A stretch of DNA of 63,691 bases, the filler included, from Pelomyxa schiedti (taxonomy: Eukaryota; Protista; Evosea): NCBI GenBank assembly GCA_020536535.1. It is 10 parts of 10 records of this genome, joined end to end, with 100 filler letters (N's around TTAATTAATTAA, not from the genome) between each part and the next. Parts side by side here need not be neighbours in the genome. Positions count along the whole stretch, not along the records: positions 19,644 to 25,885 come from JAHLWZ010000706.1; positions 25,986 to 28,535 come from JAHLWZ010001964.1; positions 28,636 to 35,671 come from JAHLWZ010001381.1; positions 35,772 to 56,968 come from JAHLWZ010001076.1; 6 more parts are not named here. One strand, written 5' to 3'. The notes beneath the pieces were generated by a model. It saw nothing but the letters and a program-made list of their open reading frames with translations, was not told the DNA's origin and searched no databases. The stretch's first letter is position 1; every line of letters begins with the position of its first letter. Position numbers and translations under genes: made by a program. Of this stretch, positions 24,001 through 37,267 are shown one piece after another.

Positions 24001-25885
24001 CAGCGACTGTAGAGGCAACAGCGAGACCAACCACAACAATGGCGACCAGCAAAGTGCTCCCCAAAGCTCTTGACGAAGGTGATGACAGAGACTGCTCAGA
24101 AATCGAGGTGAAGCAGCTGAAGAGTTTAGTGAAAAACCCCTTCCTCAAATGAAAATGCAAACGCACTTTGTGACAGATGATATCACAGAACTGAAGGCAA
24201 GAATCACGCAATTGGAGGAAGAAAACACAAATAACCTGAATCTTCTCCATGAAGAAAGAAAACAACATGCGACCACCCAACAAAGAATTAAAGAAATGAA
24301 ACGAATCTATGAAGAAAGAGAAACAGATAACCAACAAAGATTTCGTGAGCTTCAACAACAATGTTTGTGCTCCCCTTTCTTCCTTCCTTCTCCTTTCAGA
24401 TCTTCTTTTTTGCGTTTCTCATCAGCTCATGTGCACATCATCAAGGGAAACATAATTCAGATGTGTGTTTTGTTGTTTGCCTTGACAATAGGAATCTCTT
24501 AACAACATGCATCCACACACAGATGGAGCTCCAAAGCTTGCAAGAAAAAACTGTGTCCGACATGACTGCAAAGAACAAGGGTTTGAATACACCTGCCTCC
24601 TCCAGTTGAACTCATCATTGGCTCCCTCCTCACTGGGGTTTTTTTTTCCCCTTTTTCCAAAAACAGAACTCATGGAACTGGAGGCACACATAACAACATT
24701 GGAGGAAGAAAGTGCCATGAACCTGAAAAGGTTTTGTGACGAGAGAGCATCTGACCAACAAAGATTTCGTGATCTCCAACACTGTTTGTGCTTGCTACCC
24801 ACTCAACACACATCCCCTTTTTTCTCAACCCTAAGCCACACCAACACATACATGCAGCATATAATAACACGGCACCACACTAACAATTCTAATTCTGTCA
24901 ATACAGACACAAATCATGTTATGTCACATGTTGAACAAGGAGAAGGCACGTGGCGCAACATTCTCCCTGAAAACAATAAGACCAACGGCTGCAAGCAATC
25001 GCAACTCAGGGTCACGTTTGAGGACCTTCCCTCATTTGATGAAATTGTGTGTGGATCCTGTCCCCTTCAAATGGTGCTTTCCTCTCTTGAAGCTCCGCCC
25101 TTTTCTTTTTGAAGCTTTCCCCACCTCCCTTTTTTTCTCGTTGTTTGCGATGTTTCTAACTGGTTGTTTTGTTCAAAAAAGATTGTGAAGCTTATCGTTT
25201 CAAGGAAGTTTGGAGTTGAACCAACACAACAAGTGATTTNNNNNNNNNNNNNNNNNNNNNNNNNNNNNNNNNNNNNNNNNNNNNNNNNNNNNNNNNNNNN
25301 NNNNNNNNNNNNNNNNNNNNNNNNNNNNNNNNNNNNNNNAAACAATAAGACCAACGGCTGCAAGCAATCGCAACTCAGGATCACGTTTGAGGACCTTCCC
25401 TCATTTGATGAAATTGTGTGTGGATCCTGTCCCCTTCAAATGGTGCTTTCCTCTCTTGAAGCTCCGCCCTTTTCTTTTTGAAGCTTTCCACACCTCCCTT
25501 TTTGTCTCGTTGTTTGCGATGTTTCTAATTGGTTGTTTTGTTCAAAAAAGATTGTGAAGCTTATCGTTTCAAGGAAGTTTGGAGTTGAACCAACACAACA
25601 AGTGATTTTCACTGTCGGTTCAGAAAACAACAACTCCGAGGAACTGCTGCCGACCGATTCTTTCATTACCTTGGGTGACATTCAACAGCGACAACAAGAC
25701 AGTGGCAGCAGCAACAGAAACAGAGGTGTTGTTCAAATCAAGGTTCGAATCAAATCAACCATGCCAATCCAAGAGAAAGACCTGAAAGTTGTTTCCCCAC
25801 TTGGAGTCGGATCGTATGGAACTGTTTTCAAGTGCACCTTCCATGATCACAACGTGATGACCACTTCCTCCTCATCATCATCCTC
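21017..25885 (+). CDS. Ankyrin-repeat / coiled-coil / ubiquitin-like / protein kinase gene with a micro-exon array; 3' truncated
   Basis: Exons 21017-21166 (WFRAAFAGD), 21253-21336 (TALHAATWAGKPQCVEFLL...DVNSQ), 23667-23753 (TTLHLACREGNVAIAKQLL), 23802- (NKEGKTALD), coiled-coil exons, then the kinase Gly-loop LGVGSYGTVFKC. Confidence 0.85.
21475..23350 (+). repeat. Tandem array of 19 units of ~100 bp (some shortened); each unit looks like an intron plus a 3-nt micro-exon
   Basis: Exact 100-bp period at 22520/22620/22720/22820/22920. Unit structure GT(G/A)TGT...CTGAC...polypyrimidine...(C/T)AG-NNN. Confidence 0.92.
24970..25607 (+). repeat. ~270-bp direct duplication flanking a 100-N gap (probable scaffolding overlap or allele)
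   Basis: About 24971-25239 is near-identical to 25340-25607. Confidence 0.85.
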
Positions 25886-26983
25886 NNNNNNNNNNNNNNN
25901 NNNNNNNNNNNNNNNNNNNNNNNNNNNNNTTAATTAATTAANNNNNNNNNNNNNNNNNNNNNNNNNNNNNNNNNNNNNNNNNNNNTTCAGATGCCACAAT
26001 GGCATGTCCCTTCCAGACCACAGTGACGCTGACGCCATGCTCAAGGGCTGTGGTTCTCAGAGAGCTGGTGCCTGCCAAGGTGCATTACGAGTGCCTAGTT
26101 GGGGGATAGAGGTTTATATTTCCGGGTAACCTGGAATTACTTTCATTACAGTAACAATAATAGTGGTGTGAATAGTAGTGGTAGTAGTAATCTCTTGCCG
26201 GTATACGAGGGGTGTATGTTCGCCCTGCCTGTGCACCTCATGGAGGGGTGTAGGCTCACCTTGCATGTGCACCCTTTGGAAGGATGCACATGTGGGGGTG
26301 GGGATACACTCTGTGGAAGGGTGTATCATTCACACGCACCTGGCACCCTGTTTATAGAACCGCACACACGCACTTGCACTTACTTACTTGTACTATACAT
26401 TAGTTTTGTTGAGTTGTTCCAACTCACAACGAATTTTCTTCTCTGTGTCACAGATGTCACACATATCTGTCTTGTCTTCCACTGTGTTTGTAAATGTGAG
26501 GTATCATGTTTAAAAGTGTTGTTGTGACTGAGAGGTGTTCTTGTGGTGGCAGTGTTGTGCTGACCTCAAGGCATTTTGTCCTTGAATGTCTCCCCCTGGT
26601 GTTTTGGGTAGACAAAAGACGTTGCAGACACTAAACAGTGTTGTTCGTTTGTTGGGTATGCTGCAGCGAAAAAGATGTGTGAAAACGTTCCATGTCCGCG
26701 CTGAGTTGTTGCTGTTACGTCCGTAATCGATTCGATCACCTCTTATTCTTTGAATTCGATGTGCAACGATCGAATCGAATCTGTTGTTGATTAGCAACAA
26801 AACCTAAACTTTAGAAACGCTCTGGTCTGGTGTTTTTTTTATTTACCCAAAGTGGTTCTTTCTGTGAGGTGTGAAGGATTAAGGGCATCTTGGTGTGATG
26901 ATTGGCGCCAAGTTGGCCAACTAATTATGGGGCGGAGCTTGCTGCTTCTGTGCAGCTGAAGTTTTGTACTAAAAACCAAAAAC

Positions 26984-27830
26984 TTGCGTAGCAATGTCTA
27001 CATCTGTGGTAGATATGTAGAAAAAGGTACTCACAGTCCCTCATAGGTTTGGGTTGTTCTCACACCATTAAACATCATTTTCAGAGCCCCTTCGCTTGCT
27101 TCAGCGTGTGCTTCAGGTAAAACACTTACTCGGTGAACACTTCCATTGTTTCCCATCCCAAGATAGAACGCTGCTGAGATTTCAAGCCCCTTTTGTCCTA
27201 CGATTCCAAGTGCTCCCTTTCTGATAACACAAAGTCGATCTTGAAGAATTTTTCCCTTAAGTTTGGTGTTCTCATTGATGAGAGCCCTTTTTCGTTCATC
27301 CTCTTTATACATGTCAAACAAAAGCTTCTAATGCTAATTAAGCCTTACCACGCATTATCTGCTGTGAAAGCTTCTTGAGCTGTTCCTCCCGTGTTTGGAG
27401 CCTCCTTTTTAGTGGGCAGTAACCTTGGCCTGTGAACCGCAGGGGAAAAAATGCTAAGATAAGACTACACACTGTCATCATCGCTTTCCTCGTCAGTGTC
27501 TGAATCTGAATCTACATCGGCAAACCAGTCACAGAGTGAATCCCACAATGACTGAGGTTCCTGATGGGTGTTCCCTTGCAGTGAAGATGAAGTTGCAGAG
27601 CAGGAAGTGGTTCCAGCAGCAGAGTTTGGTGGAACAACTGGGTCGTTTTCGCAGCTCATTTGTGGGGTGGTTCCGGGTTGTGGTGGAGGGGTGTGCCAAG
27701 GAGAGAGTGAGGGGAGGGAAGGGGAGGCAGTGGTCTGTGCTCCCTGCATGGCGGAGGAGAAGCAGGGGCGTCTATTTGGCTTCTTGGGATTGCTTCACAA
27801 TGCCGTCTTGGCCGTACTCTTAGGTTTGTG
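26984..27830 (-). CDS. Protein kinase-like gene fragment (N-lobe only), possibly a pseudogene
   Basis: FYLGMGNNGSVHRV...GALKMMFN gives the Gly-loop and beta3 Lys; no downstream HRD/DFG was seen. Confidence 0.45.
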
Positions 27831-28822
27831 CTTGTGCTTGTGCTAGTACTGGTGTTTGGTGGTGTTGCTTCGTTCTGCGGTTTTATTACTATAATTTGCA
27901 GTTGTGATACCAACGCTATGTTACCGTTGCATGACGCTTTTTTTGTTCTTCAATCTTCCCCGACATGTGGCAGGGGAGACAGCTTTTTTTTTTTTTAGTG
28001 TTCCCTCACTTTGCAAAGTTGGTTTTTTTGATAAGTTGGTGGCAAACCAACCTTTACTTAGAACCAAAGGGCGAATATACGTAAAGATATAGGGAAAAGT
28101 ACTGGCTAGATGTAGCTGTTCGTTTAAACCATTGTTTGTTCACCGTCTTTTCCCTGCACGTTCTTACCATTTTCCCATCATCACAGAGGGGCAAACGACC
28201 GATCAAACACTGTTTTTCTTTGAAAAAAAATACGAAAAGCTGCGAGTGCCGATGATTGGATTTGGTTACACGCGGCTGTCTGGTGCCCGTTATGTAGAAC
28301 GCAACGGGTGATATGTACACCGTCGTGCATTCTCGGGGCGGTTGGGAGGCTCATGAAAACTCGACCAAAATCCACCCCTGCATTGCTGTTGTTGGGTCGT
28401 TGGACTGGTTTGTTCAGAATGTTGTATCTGTGTGTAGCGCAGCCGCAGTTGCGATTGTGATTGTGATTGTGGTTGCGGTTGCGGTTGTTGCAGCTGTGGT
28501 GTTGTGGTTGCAGTCAGGGACTGTTATAGTGACACNNNNNNNNNNNNNNNNNNNNNNNNNNNNNNNNNNNNNNNNNNNNTTAATTAATTAANNNNNNNNN
28601 NNNNNNNNNNNNNNNNNNNNNNNNNNNNNNNNNNNACTGTTAAATATTGAGTTAGATTAAGAGCAACATAAAAAAAAGTTTTTTTCTTGTGGTTAACCCA
28701 GGGCGGTGATTTTACTGACTGGCTTATGTGCTCAACCACCGCCCAGGGCGGTGATCTGATTTGACTGCAAAAAGTGCATCATCACCGCCCAAAATCACCG
28801 CCCGCCATACTTCAACGCGATA

Positions 28823-30089
28823 GTGTGGTTTGGGCACGGTGGCGCCGTGGTGAATGACTGCGAGACCAACAGGGCCCTCGGTTCTGGCAGCTGCAGCGCG
28901 CTTGCGATCGCGAATCTGCTGGCTGGTGGGGCTGTTGCGAGGAACGTGGCGGAGATTCCGACGAGCTCGCAGCTGGGCTATTGCCCAGAGACGCGGGTGT
29001 GCAGGGGCACCAAGTGGGCGGTTCTCTGGCATCCTCTTCTGGGCGGCATTGTGATCCTGCGAATGGGTGGTGGGCTGGAGAGAGTCCGTTGTGGAGGTGG
29101 TGGAAAGGAGGACTTCTGTGTGGTTGGTTTGAGAGGCTATGTGACGTGCGCGTGCATGATAAACGACGACGAGGCTGCACTGGTGGCACCCTCTCCAGAT
29201 GTGGAAGGCAAGACTGACATGGTGTGCGTGGACCTTAAGACGTCGTTTGAGTCTCACAACCTGGCTGTGACTCAGGAATTTTTGGGACTCTCCTTCACAG
29301 TGGAGGAGGTGTTCCACTCAAAGAAGCACAAGGTCATTGTGGCGACGTGGGGATGCAACACGAGGGGTGACTGTGTGTGGAGCCTCAGGTCACTCCAGCA
29401 GCAGCCACCTCATCATCCGGTTCTTCTCCACACATCAGAAGTGTGTGCTTTTGTGTGTAACAAGAAAATTCAATAATGATAATGTTTTGGTTATCCTTGT
29501 GTAGTGTTGGTGTGTTCTTATTGCTTTTACTTTGTGTGTGTTGTCAGGTGGATTTGAGCCTGGCTTAAAAGGACACACTTGTTCTAGAAGGTTCCAACAG
29601 CCACATGGTCCAGAGTATTGGGGGGACCACTTTTCAACACAGCCGAGCCAACAGCTTGAGGATTATCACGGCAGCTGCTTGTGCTAGCCCCGCCATGTGA
29701 TATTTACTCTCGGCCTCCATTTCCAGTAACCATCACAAATCTGCAAGTCAAGATCAGATCTCTCACCCCCGAGATGATCAGATTCCTCCGACTCAGTGAG
29801 TTCGTGTACTTTATGGAAGTACACAGAAGACCAGCTGCCAGATAATCTGGCCAAGGTGGAGAACACTCACTTTGTGTGTTGCAACCGCAGGACCCACACT
29901 CTGAGTGTCTTCTCCACTGATGACTTTGATCACCCTCTGCGTGTTTTCCCACTCTCTCCGAACTTCCACTTTGAGAACGGGTTCATTGTGTTCAGTTCCA
30001 GTGACGATGAGTGCTTGGACCTTGTGGATGCTGTAACTGGCACTCAGTTGTTGTGCTTAACAAGCCCCTCAATTCACTGGATGAACTGA
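28823..30089 (+). CDS. Hypothetical protein of the lineage-expanded family, probably partial or degenerate
   Basis: NGTKWAV-like motif (RGTKWAV), VCVDLKTSFES and terminal LVDAVTGTQLL resemble the 1580-2866 protein. Confidence 0.5.
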
Positions 30090-33000
30090 AAGTGATGAAT
30101 CAGCCGAGAATTAAGGACAAGCAACAAGGAGGTCCATAGATGGATGTTCTAATTATTGATACACCACAGGACCAACTGCAGGTCGTGTCCCAGCTTTACA
30201 TTATGCTACGCAGACAACACCGGAAAGAATCAGATGCTGTAAGTGAATGGCAGGAGTTAGCTGTTACAGCGTCAGCACCACTGCTGTCAGAGCTGGTGGC
30301 TTCTTCTTTCTCCTCTTAGGAGAAACAAGAAAAAGAGAAAGTAAGAGTTTTTCTTGTGCTTCACTGTGTTGAAGTGATCTTTGTCCTTGATGAAGGTGCT
30401 GCACACTGTGTCTGTTGTTTGTTGTGTTGTGTGGTTGTTGGTTGTGGGGGCATCAACAAGGAACGACATTTTTTTTTTTTACAATTTGTGTTGATCGTTT
30501 TTGGAGAAAACACAGCCAAAGATGTGGTCTTACATCATTTCAATGCAATGTTCCTTGCAACCTTTGTTGGGGGTATCCCATGATTTCTTCTATGTGTTTT
30601 TCTTAACCGGAAATGGTTAATAAGTATTACTTGTGCTCAAACAGAAGATCTCAGCTGGAAATTCCAAACCTAATTAAAGTCTGTGATGTTTCCTTTGGTG
30701 GGAAACTGCACCAAAAGAGAATAAAGAGGCACAAAGTATTTTATTCATCTTGGAATGGATGGATACATTTGGGTGTGTTTGTGTTGAGGTTTTTTTGTAT
30801 ATTTGTATTGGGATTCTTGGTATTTTTTGTATAGAAATGAGGTGAACTCGGTGTGCGTTTATAAAGGATTCCAAAGTCAAAGGAGTATCTCGATGATCTT
30901 TCCGTGAACTTGATTTCCGAACTTGGTAAGTGATGACTCAGCCTCCGAGTCTCCAGTCTCGAGTCTTGCGAGTGCGCCTTGCGCACAGTTTGCCTGTGTG
31001 TTCGCAGAATCACACAGTGAGGTAAATAAATAATAAAAAGGAAAAAAGCCACACAGCAGTGCCACAAGGTGCCAGAAATGCAGAAACGATGTGGTGTATG
31101 CTGGCACTTTTCAGTTTGAAGCACACATTTCCGACAATGCACCTTACAAAAGGATTAGTGCGGAAATATGATGGGAAGCCTGCATATGACATCTGGAAAT
31201 GGTTCTGACAAACCTAGGAATGCCAGATATGCGAATTTAAATCATCCAAAGGCAACGTTTTATTATTCCAACTCTGCTTATCCATTTCGCTTGTATTTAT
31301 TTGTTTTATTGGTTTGTATTTGTGTTTTATTAAGCAGTTAATGCTGGTTGTATGCAACATAGGTGAAAATGCAAGAATGGGGGAAACCAGGATTTACCAT
31401 AAGTTCACCAAGAGCAAGGAAATGGCTCAACTTTTCAAATCGGACCTATTTCTTGAGCCAGAGGAGGAACTGAACTGGAAAAGCAAAGAGGGCCGATTCG
31501 GAAAAAAAGAAGAGTGCAGAAAATATGTGGAGTGGTGAAAGAGCAAAACCTGACTTCCATTTGATGGAATGGGCATTGAGGCCTCTGGAGGAAGCAGGAT
31601 GAGTCCAACCAGCTGCGCCAACATATACCGCAATTGCAGAGAGCAGTATGATGGACCTGTAGTAAGAGAGCTGGTCCAATTAGTGCGGAAATGGAGAGGA
31701 CCATGTGTGCAACGCTCAGCAAGTGTCATTACAACTGCGGAGGTGCTAAATATGTGCATTTAAAGCTCACTGTAAAGACCAGAACTGAAACCAAAAGGAA
31801 ATCACAAAAACCAAATCGTAGCTGAACTTCCCCTTTCACCCTTCAAACCCAAATGAGTAACAGCAATAAATTAACACACTTGCCACTCAAATCAGCGCCA
31901 CCAGCACTCTCTCAGTGAGCTGTGTAATGTAAGGAATTATCTTACAGCAAGTGGAGCCATATACCAAGAAGAACAGGATGATGTGGTTCAAGTATGGTAT
32001 TCACTCAAGCTGGAGAACACACATACTAATTGGTTGCCGTAATGAGGAGACAGTTTACAATCATTCTGAATGAATTTGGGAGCACAGCACACAAAAGTCA
32101 CTTTATATCCTAGGATCTCTGTTGGTCAGGGATTGATTACATCTAGCCAAGAGTTGATTCCTATTGGGCAAAGTCAGACATAGGAATTGGTAACAATCCT
32201 GGACATACCACAAGGCTTTCTGACAAGAAAGCATAGGGATGTGCAGGAGTACCCTGATACCGTCAGCACCAGTAGTTCTTCAGCAGATCTGGACATCTGA
32301 AAAAATTGAGTCCACATGCTGGATTTCATCTCATCATCATATGAAATGAACCTGGAGTAATTTCTCCTCCAACCCAGCACAGTCCGAATATGATCCATTG
32401 GCATGCATGCATGCAGGCTGGTGGAATACAACAACTTTCAAGCACTTCTGTCAGCGAATCCCTCCATTAATTAGTCAGCTTTTAGATAAGAGGGGACTGC
32501 ATACCAACGCAAAGGAATCATCGCTACTTCTGCCAGGCTTTGGCACATAATTCCGAGGCTTCTACAATTGGATGAGTCCTTTGGAGATAGGGACCACAAA
32601 GGGCATACCTGGAATGCTGCAGAACAACCAGTAGCTGAACTCAGCAGAGTTGTCGCAAAGCTGGGAGTTGAGTCAGGAAAACCAAAGCCGATGTTCAGCA
32701 CCATGTTTATTGGGGCCAATGCGGAAGGAAGGAACACGTTTGTGGTTTTGAAACAAAAGCTCCACACCCATTGGACAAGCAATTACAAATTATTATCCCC
32801 CCCTCACATCAAAAAAGGGAAAAAAAAAAAAAAAGCCGTTCCTCCGCCACAACGTGATTCATCGGCGCTGCTATGACTAGTACATCACTCCATCAACACC
32901 TGTTAATAAATACACCACTTGCCGCATCATCCGCCGCCGGCGATCAGCACCTTAGTTAGTCTCTTAGCGGTTTGTTCTTTCTTCACCTTTGATTGTTTGT

Positions 33001-34099
33001 CAACTCACACTTGTATGTGGTGTCACGGTGACCGAAGCAACTCCTTTATCTTGTTTCTTCACCTCAGTGTAGTGAGTGTGGTGTGGACTCCAAGGAAAAT
33101 GGGAAAATAACACACAGCGGTTCCAGAGTAGACTTGATCGATGTTCGCGCCCTGCAGGCGTAGTAGCCCCCATGTTAATGTATTGGAGGTGTGGGGCTTG
33201 AGGTGCCATCAGAGGACGACGAGCTAACGGAGGAGGTAGAACGCGTGCGCGACACAAGATGCGTGGAGGAGGGAAAGAGATATCCAATGGGGAGTGCACT
33301 TCTAGACCCCCCCCTCACCTTCGAAAAATTCGAAGTTTTAGAATGGAAACGAAGGTAGCGGGTTAGGTTAGACTTTAGGGATCAGAGTTGATCAAACCGC
33401 GAAAAAAGCTGAGGATGTCTTGGTTTGCAGGATTCAGGCAATGTGTCTTATTGTGCTCATGAGGATGACAAATACACACTGACCCCTTTGGATGCAGCAC
33501 TGCCTGTCTTAGCCCCGAATAGAAAACCTACCAACACTCACCCTCTTGAAGGGATTTTTTTCAAAGGGAAAAAAAGAGCAGATTTCTGAGAACCTCCAAT
33601 CTCTGGAGGGTCAGCGCTTAGGGTGCATCCCAAGAGTAGGTTAGTTGTTTGAGACTGTGAGGGTACCCATTGGATATCCCTCCTCCACGCATCTTGTGTC
33701 GCACACACGTTCTACCTCCTCCGTGAGCTCGTTGTCCTCTGCGACGTCATCATCTCCTTCAGCCGCCTCATTAAACTGTTGCATGAGTGACGAGTTGGCT
33801 GCGTCGCGCGTTGTAACCTCGACTGTACGGTCCCCTTCCTTGTGGGTGGTTGGTGTGGCCCCCGGAGGATGTCGCACCTCCTTGGAAACACTGCTTGCAC
33901 TTGGTGTTTTCTCTCGTGTGGCCCTACTCGGTACGGGTGAATAAAAATAAAATAATCAACAGACCGGAACGCTGTACTTTTCGTTTTCGTCGCTCATGAT
34001 CGGCGGTCTGGTGGTTTTTTTTATTCAGCCAAATGCCGGCAACAGTCAACGCTGACTGTGGGAGGAGGAGGTGTGGTGGCGGTGGGCAACCACAACGTT

Positions 34100-34400
34100 A
34101 CGGCCAATGGCGTGTGTTGTACAACACTGGCCGCCTGCTAAACGGCGCACGCGAAACATACGACGGTCGTGGTGAGTTCCACAACAGCAAGCGGGGATGG
34201 GTGGGGCTGCGTGCACGCAACACTGGGCACAGGGAAACAGGTTCGAGGGTCTGTGGAGAGATGAGCGGTACCACGTGGTACGACGCAACCAGCGACACGG
34301 CGTCGTATGCCGCAAAGTGGGTGTGGAATGTAACGACAACGCTATGAGATGCAGGGATGGGGGTGTGCAAAGGAGAACCACCACCGGCAACAACACAGGA
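34100..34400 (+). pseudogene. Degenerate MORN-repeat gene fragment
   Basis: YDGRGEFHNSKRGW and GNRFEGLWRDE lie in different frames; homologous to the gene at 34961. Confidence 0.55.
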
Positions 34401-34960
34401 ACTGGCAACCCGTTCACTTGTTCTCTTGCTCTCTGAAAATGAAATTGGAAATGATGAACTTACCCTTGTGACCACATTGAAGTATCTTCAAACATCACAT
34501 CACCGACACTTTCAATGAAAGAAGTCAGCGCCATCACATTTTCCTTTTATATATTAAATTTGTCTTTTTACTCATTTGTTCCCTTTTGCTTTGTTTATAT
34601 TGATTTTTCCTGGAGCTTCAAATATGGGTTTGTAGTATTCCCGCGCCTTACGAGAGCGCTTGTTTGGTGTGTTGTGTGTATGATTCTCATGATTTCCATG
34701 CTAATGTCATTGCAGAGTGCGTGCATGGCTGGCCAGTGCCGGAAATGACCGCTTCAGTGCTGGAAATATACGGTTCTGTCCCGGCTGAGTATGGCATGCC
34801 ATTCCACTCAATCACTGCACGCACTAACTAATGTGGACTGCAGTGGTGATTGATCCCAGGCCAGGCGGTCTGGACTGAGAAGATGAGGCAGAGAGCATGA
34901 ATGAGTGTTCTTGTTGATGGTGTTTCTTGTTGCATCTTCAATCCATTTCATCACACCGTC

Positions 34961-35671
34961 ATGGCAGCTGCAACCAACGAACTAGTGGGTGCTGCGACCA
35001 TGGTTGTCGACGATACGTCAGCGGTGCCTGGTGTCGATGGCAAACCCGACGGCAGGGGCACCCTAAAATGGCCAGACGGCGGCACGTACGACGGTGTGTG
35101 GCTCAACGGCGACACGACGGGCCGAGGGGTGTACAAGTGGCCCGATGGCAGCACCTGCGAGGGAGAGTGGCTCAACGACAAGAGGGATGGGTGGGGTGTG
35201 CAACACCGGGCTGATGGCAGGTGGTTCGAAGGGCTGTGGAGGGACAGCAACTGGAAAAGGGGAACGTGGCACGACAGCAACGGTGTGGATGTGTGGGATG
35301 GCGAGTGGGTGTATAACGCAACCACAAATTTGCATGACATGCAGGGGTGGGGTGTGCAAAGGAGGGCAGTCAAGGGGGGGGGCCACAGGAGCAATGGTCA
35401 CGGTGTATGAGGGTGAGTGGGACAGGGGCAAGTGGCACGGTGTGGGAATGTGGAAGTCGCCTGATGGCTTGGGTGACATCTACCATGGTCAATTCGATCA
35501 CGGAATGAAATGTGGAACAGGGAGAATCCTGTTTGGCGGTGGTGGTGATTATGGAGGCAACAACAGCAAGGGTGGGAGTTATGTTGGTGAGTGGAAGGAT
35601 GATGCATTCCATGGTCAGGGTGTGAGGCTGTGGGCAAATGGTGACAGGTATGATGGCCAGTGGGTTGGTGG
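34961..35671 (+). CDS. MORN-repeat protein with an apparent frameshift near the G-run at ~35374-35382; 3' truncated
   Basis: Multiple MORN repeats (YDGVWLNGDTTGRGVYKWPDG; YEGEWDRGKWHGVG; YVGEWKDDAFHGQGVRLWANGDRY) split over two frames. Confidence 0.8.
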
Positions 35672-35782
35672 NNNNNNNNNNNNNNNNNNNNNNNNNNNNN
35701 NNNNNNNNNNNNNNNTTAATTAATTAANNNNNNNNNNNNNNNNNNNNNNNNNNNNNNNNNNNNNNNNNNNNTCCACAGGCCG

Positions 35783-36975
35783 TCAACCTGCGCACATCCG
35801 GCGACCTTCACACAACGTGCCTGCTTGAAGCTGTTTGGAGAAAAAAAGAAGTGTTGGCAATGAGGCTTCTTTCACTTGGTGCTGATCCCAATGTTGCGGG
35901 AAACCTTCCCAGCACCCTGAAGGATGGCCTTGATCTTCCAAAGAGAGCCTTGACTCCAATTGTTGTTGCAGTTGTGACTGAACAAAAGAATTTGGTGGAA
36001 GAAATGGCACGGCGCGATGGTGTGTTGCCTCCTGAGTTCTTCCAGGTATGGGCCAGAGGGGATCCCATGTTTTCAATCAAGACTTTCCTTGATGGTTTCT
36101 TCCCCCTCCATTTTTTTTTCCCCATTAATTCGTCCTTCAGGAACCTGGGAAAAGCATGTGAAGGCAAAGGAAGACTATGATGAGGCATTGCCTCCCAAAG
36201 ACGAGCACTGGGAGTTGCAAGGTTCAATGTCATTTGCCAAAGACAGACTGAGCACCACTGATATACCGTATTTCTGTGTCTTCTCTTTTTGATCAACATA
36301 TAGTGATTAACTCAAAGCGAAAAAACAAACAACAAAGGATTGATTCAACAATAACGTCTCTGATGGTTCGGTATAACGTTGAAATTAACGGCGTGCTGGA
36401 GTATCTTGATGTTCGAACTCTTGGAAGAATACAACAGACTTCAAAGTTTTGGTGATTTTGACCTGCTATCTCTCAAATCCTTTCCGACCCTAAAAAAAAA
36501 CCCAGGTATCACGTTGGCCGTTCGAATTCTCTGTGGAAGGTGTGTGCCACGTTCTTTTAATTTTTTCCCTCCTCTGAATGTGCAAAAACCTGTGGGGGAT
36601 TGACAAGTCTGTCTTGCTGAACACAAGCAGAGAATGGAAGGAGAAAGTTAAGTTCCGATTCCATGTCACGGCTCAAATCTTGGAGCAGGATGAAACAACA
36701 AAGGTCTCTGATATCCTCCTTTTTTTGAATTTTTTTTCCCTCTGGCATCCAACTGACTCTTTTCACACAAAGTGGAAGCATGTTGGGTTCTTCTGGTTGT
36801 CGAATAACTGGTGCGAGAGATGTCATCAATTTTACCAGAACTGTGAGGGACTCAAGTGTGTGGTCTGGCCTGACAAGCACCATCACCATGCAAAGAGGCC
36901 ATATCATCAACCTCGGGCTGACCACCCTCAACTTTCAAAAGTTGTCTCTGTGTTCAATTCCATTCCTTGACATGG
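35783..36975 (+). CDS. Partial multi-exon gene with an ankyrin-like segment; inverted paralog at 55835-56955
   Basis: LAMRLLSLGADPNVAG...LTPIVVAV; colinear nucleotide similarity to the reverse complement of 55835-56955. Confidence 0.55.
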
Positions 36976-37267
36976 GAGCGCGCTCATGATGGTTGATGGT
37001 TCCTATGTCTTCCATTGGTAATCCTTTCTGCCAAGCCATAATAGACCAATAGTAAAATTTCTGAAATGAGCTCCTGAGAAAAAAACACGAAATTTGATTG
37101 TCTTCTCTTGACTTGGGAATTGAACAGGAAGCAAGATTGTTTTTAAAAACTACGAGTGCACCTTGCTACGGAGTTGCCAGGCCTTCTGAAGTCTAATTTT
37201 ATTTTCCAGATCCAAAGAAAAACCTGCACAAACTTTAGAAGACGTTTCTTCTAAAAGTACAAAAAAA

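Noticed and set aside
24970-25607. Alternative duplicated exon in the ankyrin kinase
   Set aside because: Copies directly flank a 100-N scaffold gap and are near-identical, so this is probably an assembly overlap.
28735-28755. Resemblance to phage lambda operator half-sites (ATCACCGC)
   Set aside because: Spacing differs from lambda operators and there is no phage context; kept only as an inverted-repeat cluster.
31314-32876. Possible decayed transposon or reverse transcriptase
   Set aside because: Stop-riddled short ORFs with no YADD, DDE or zinc-finger motif that I could identify.
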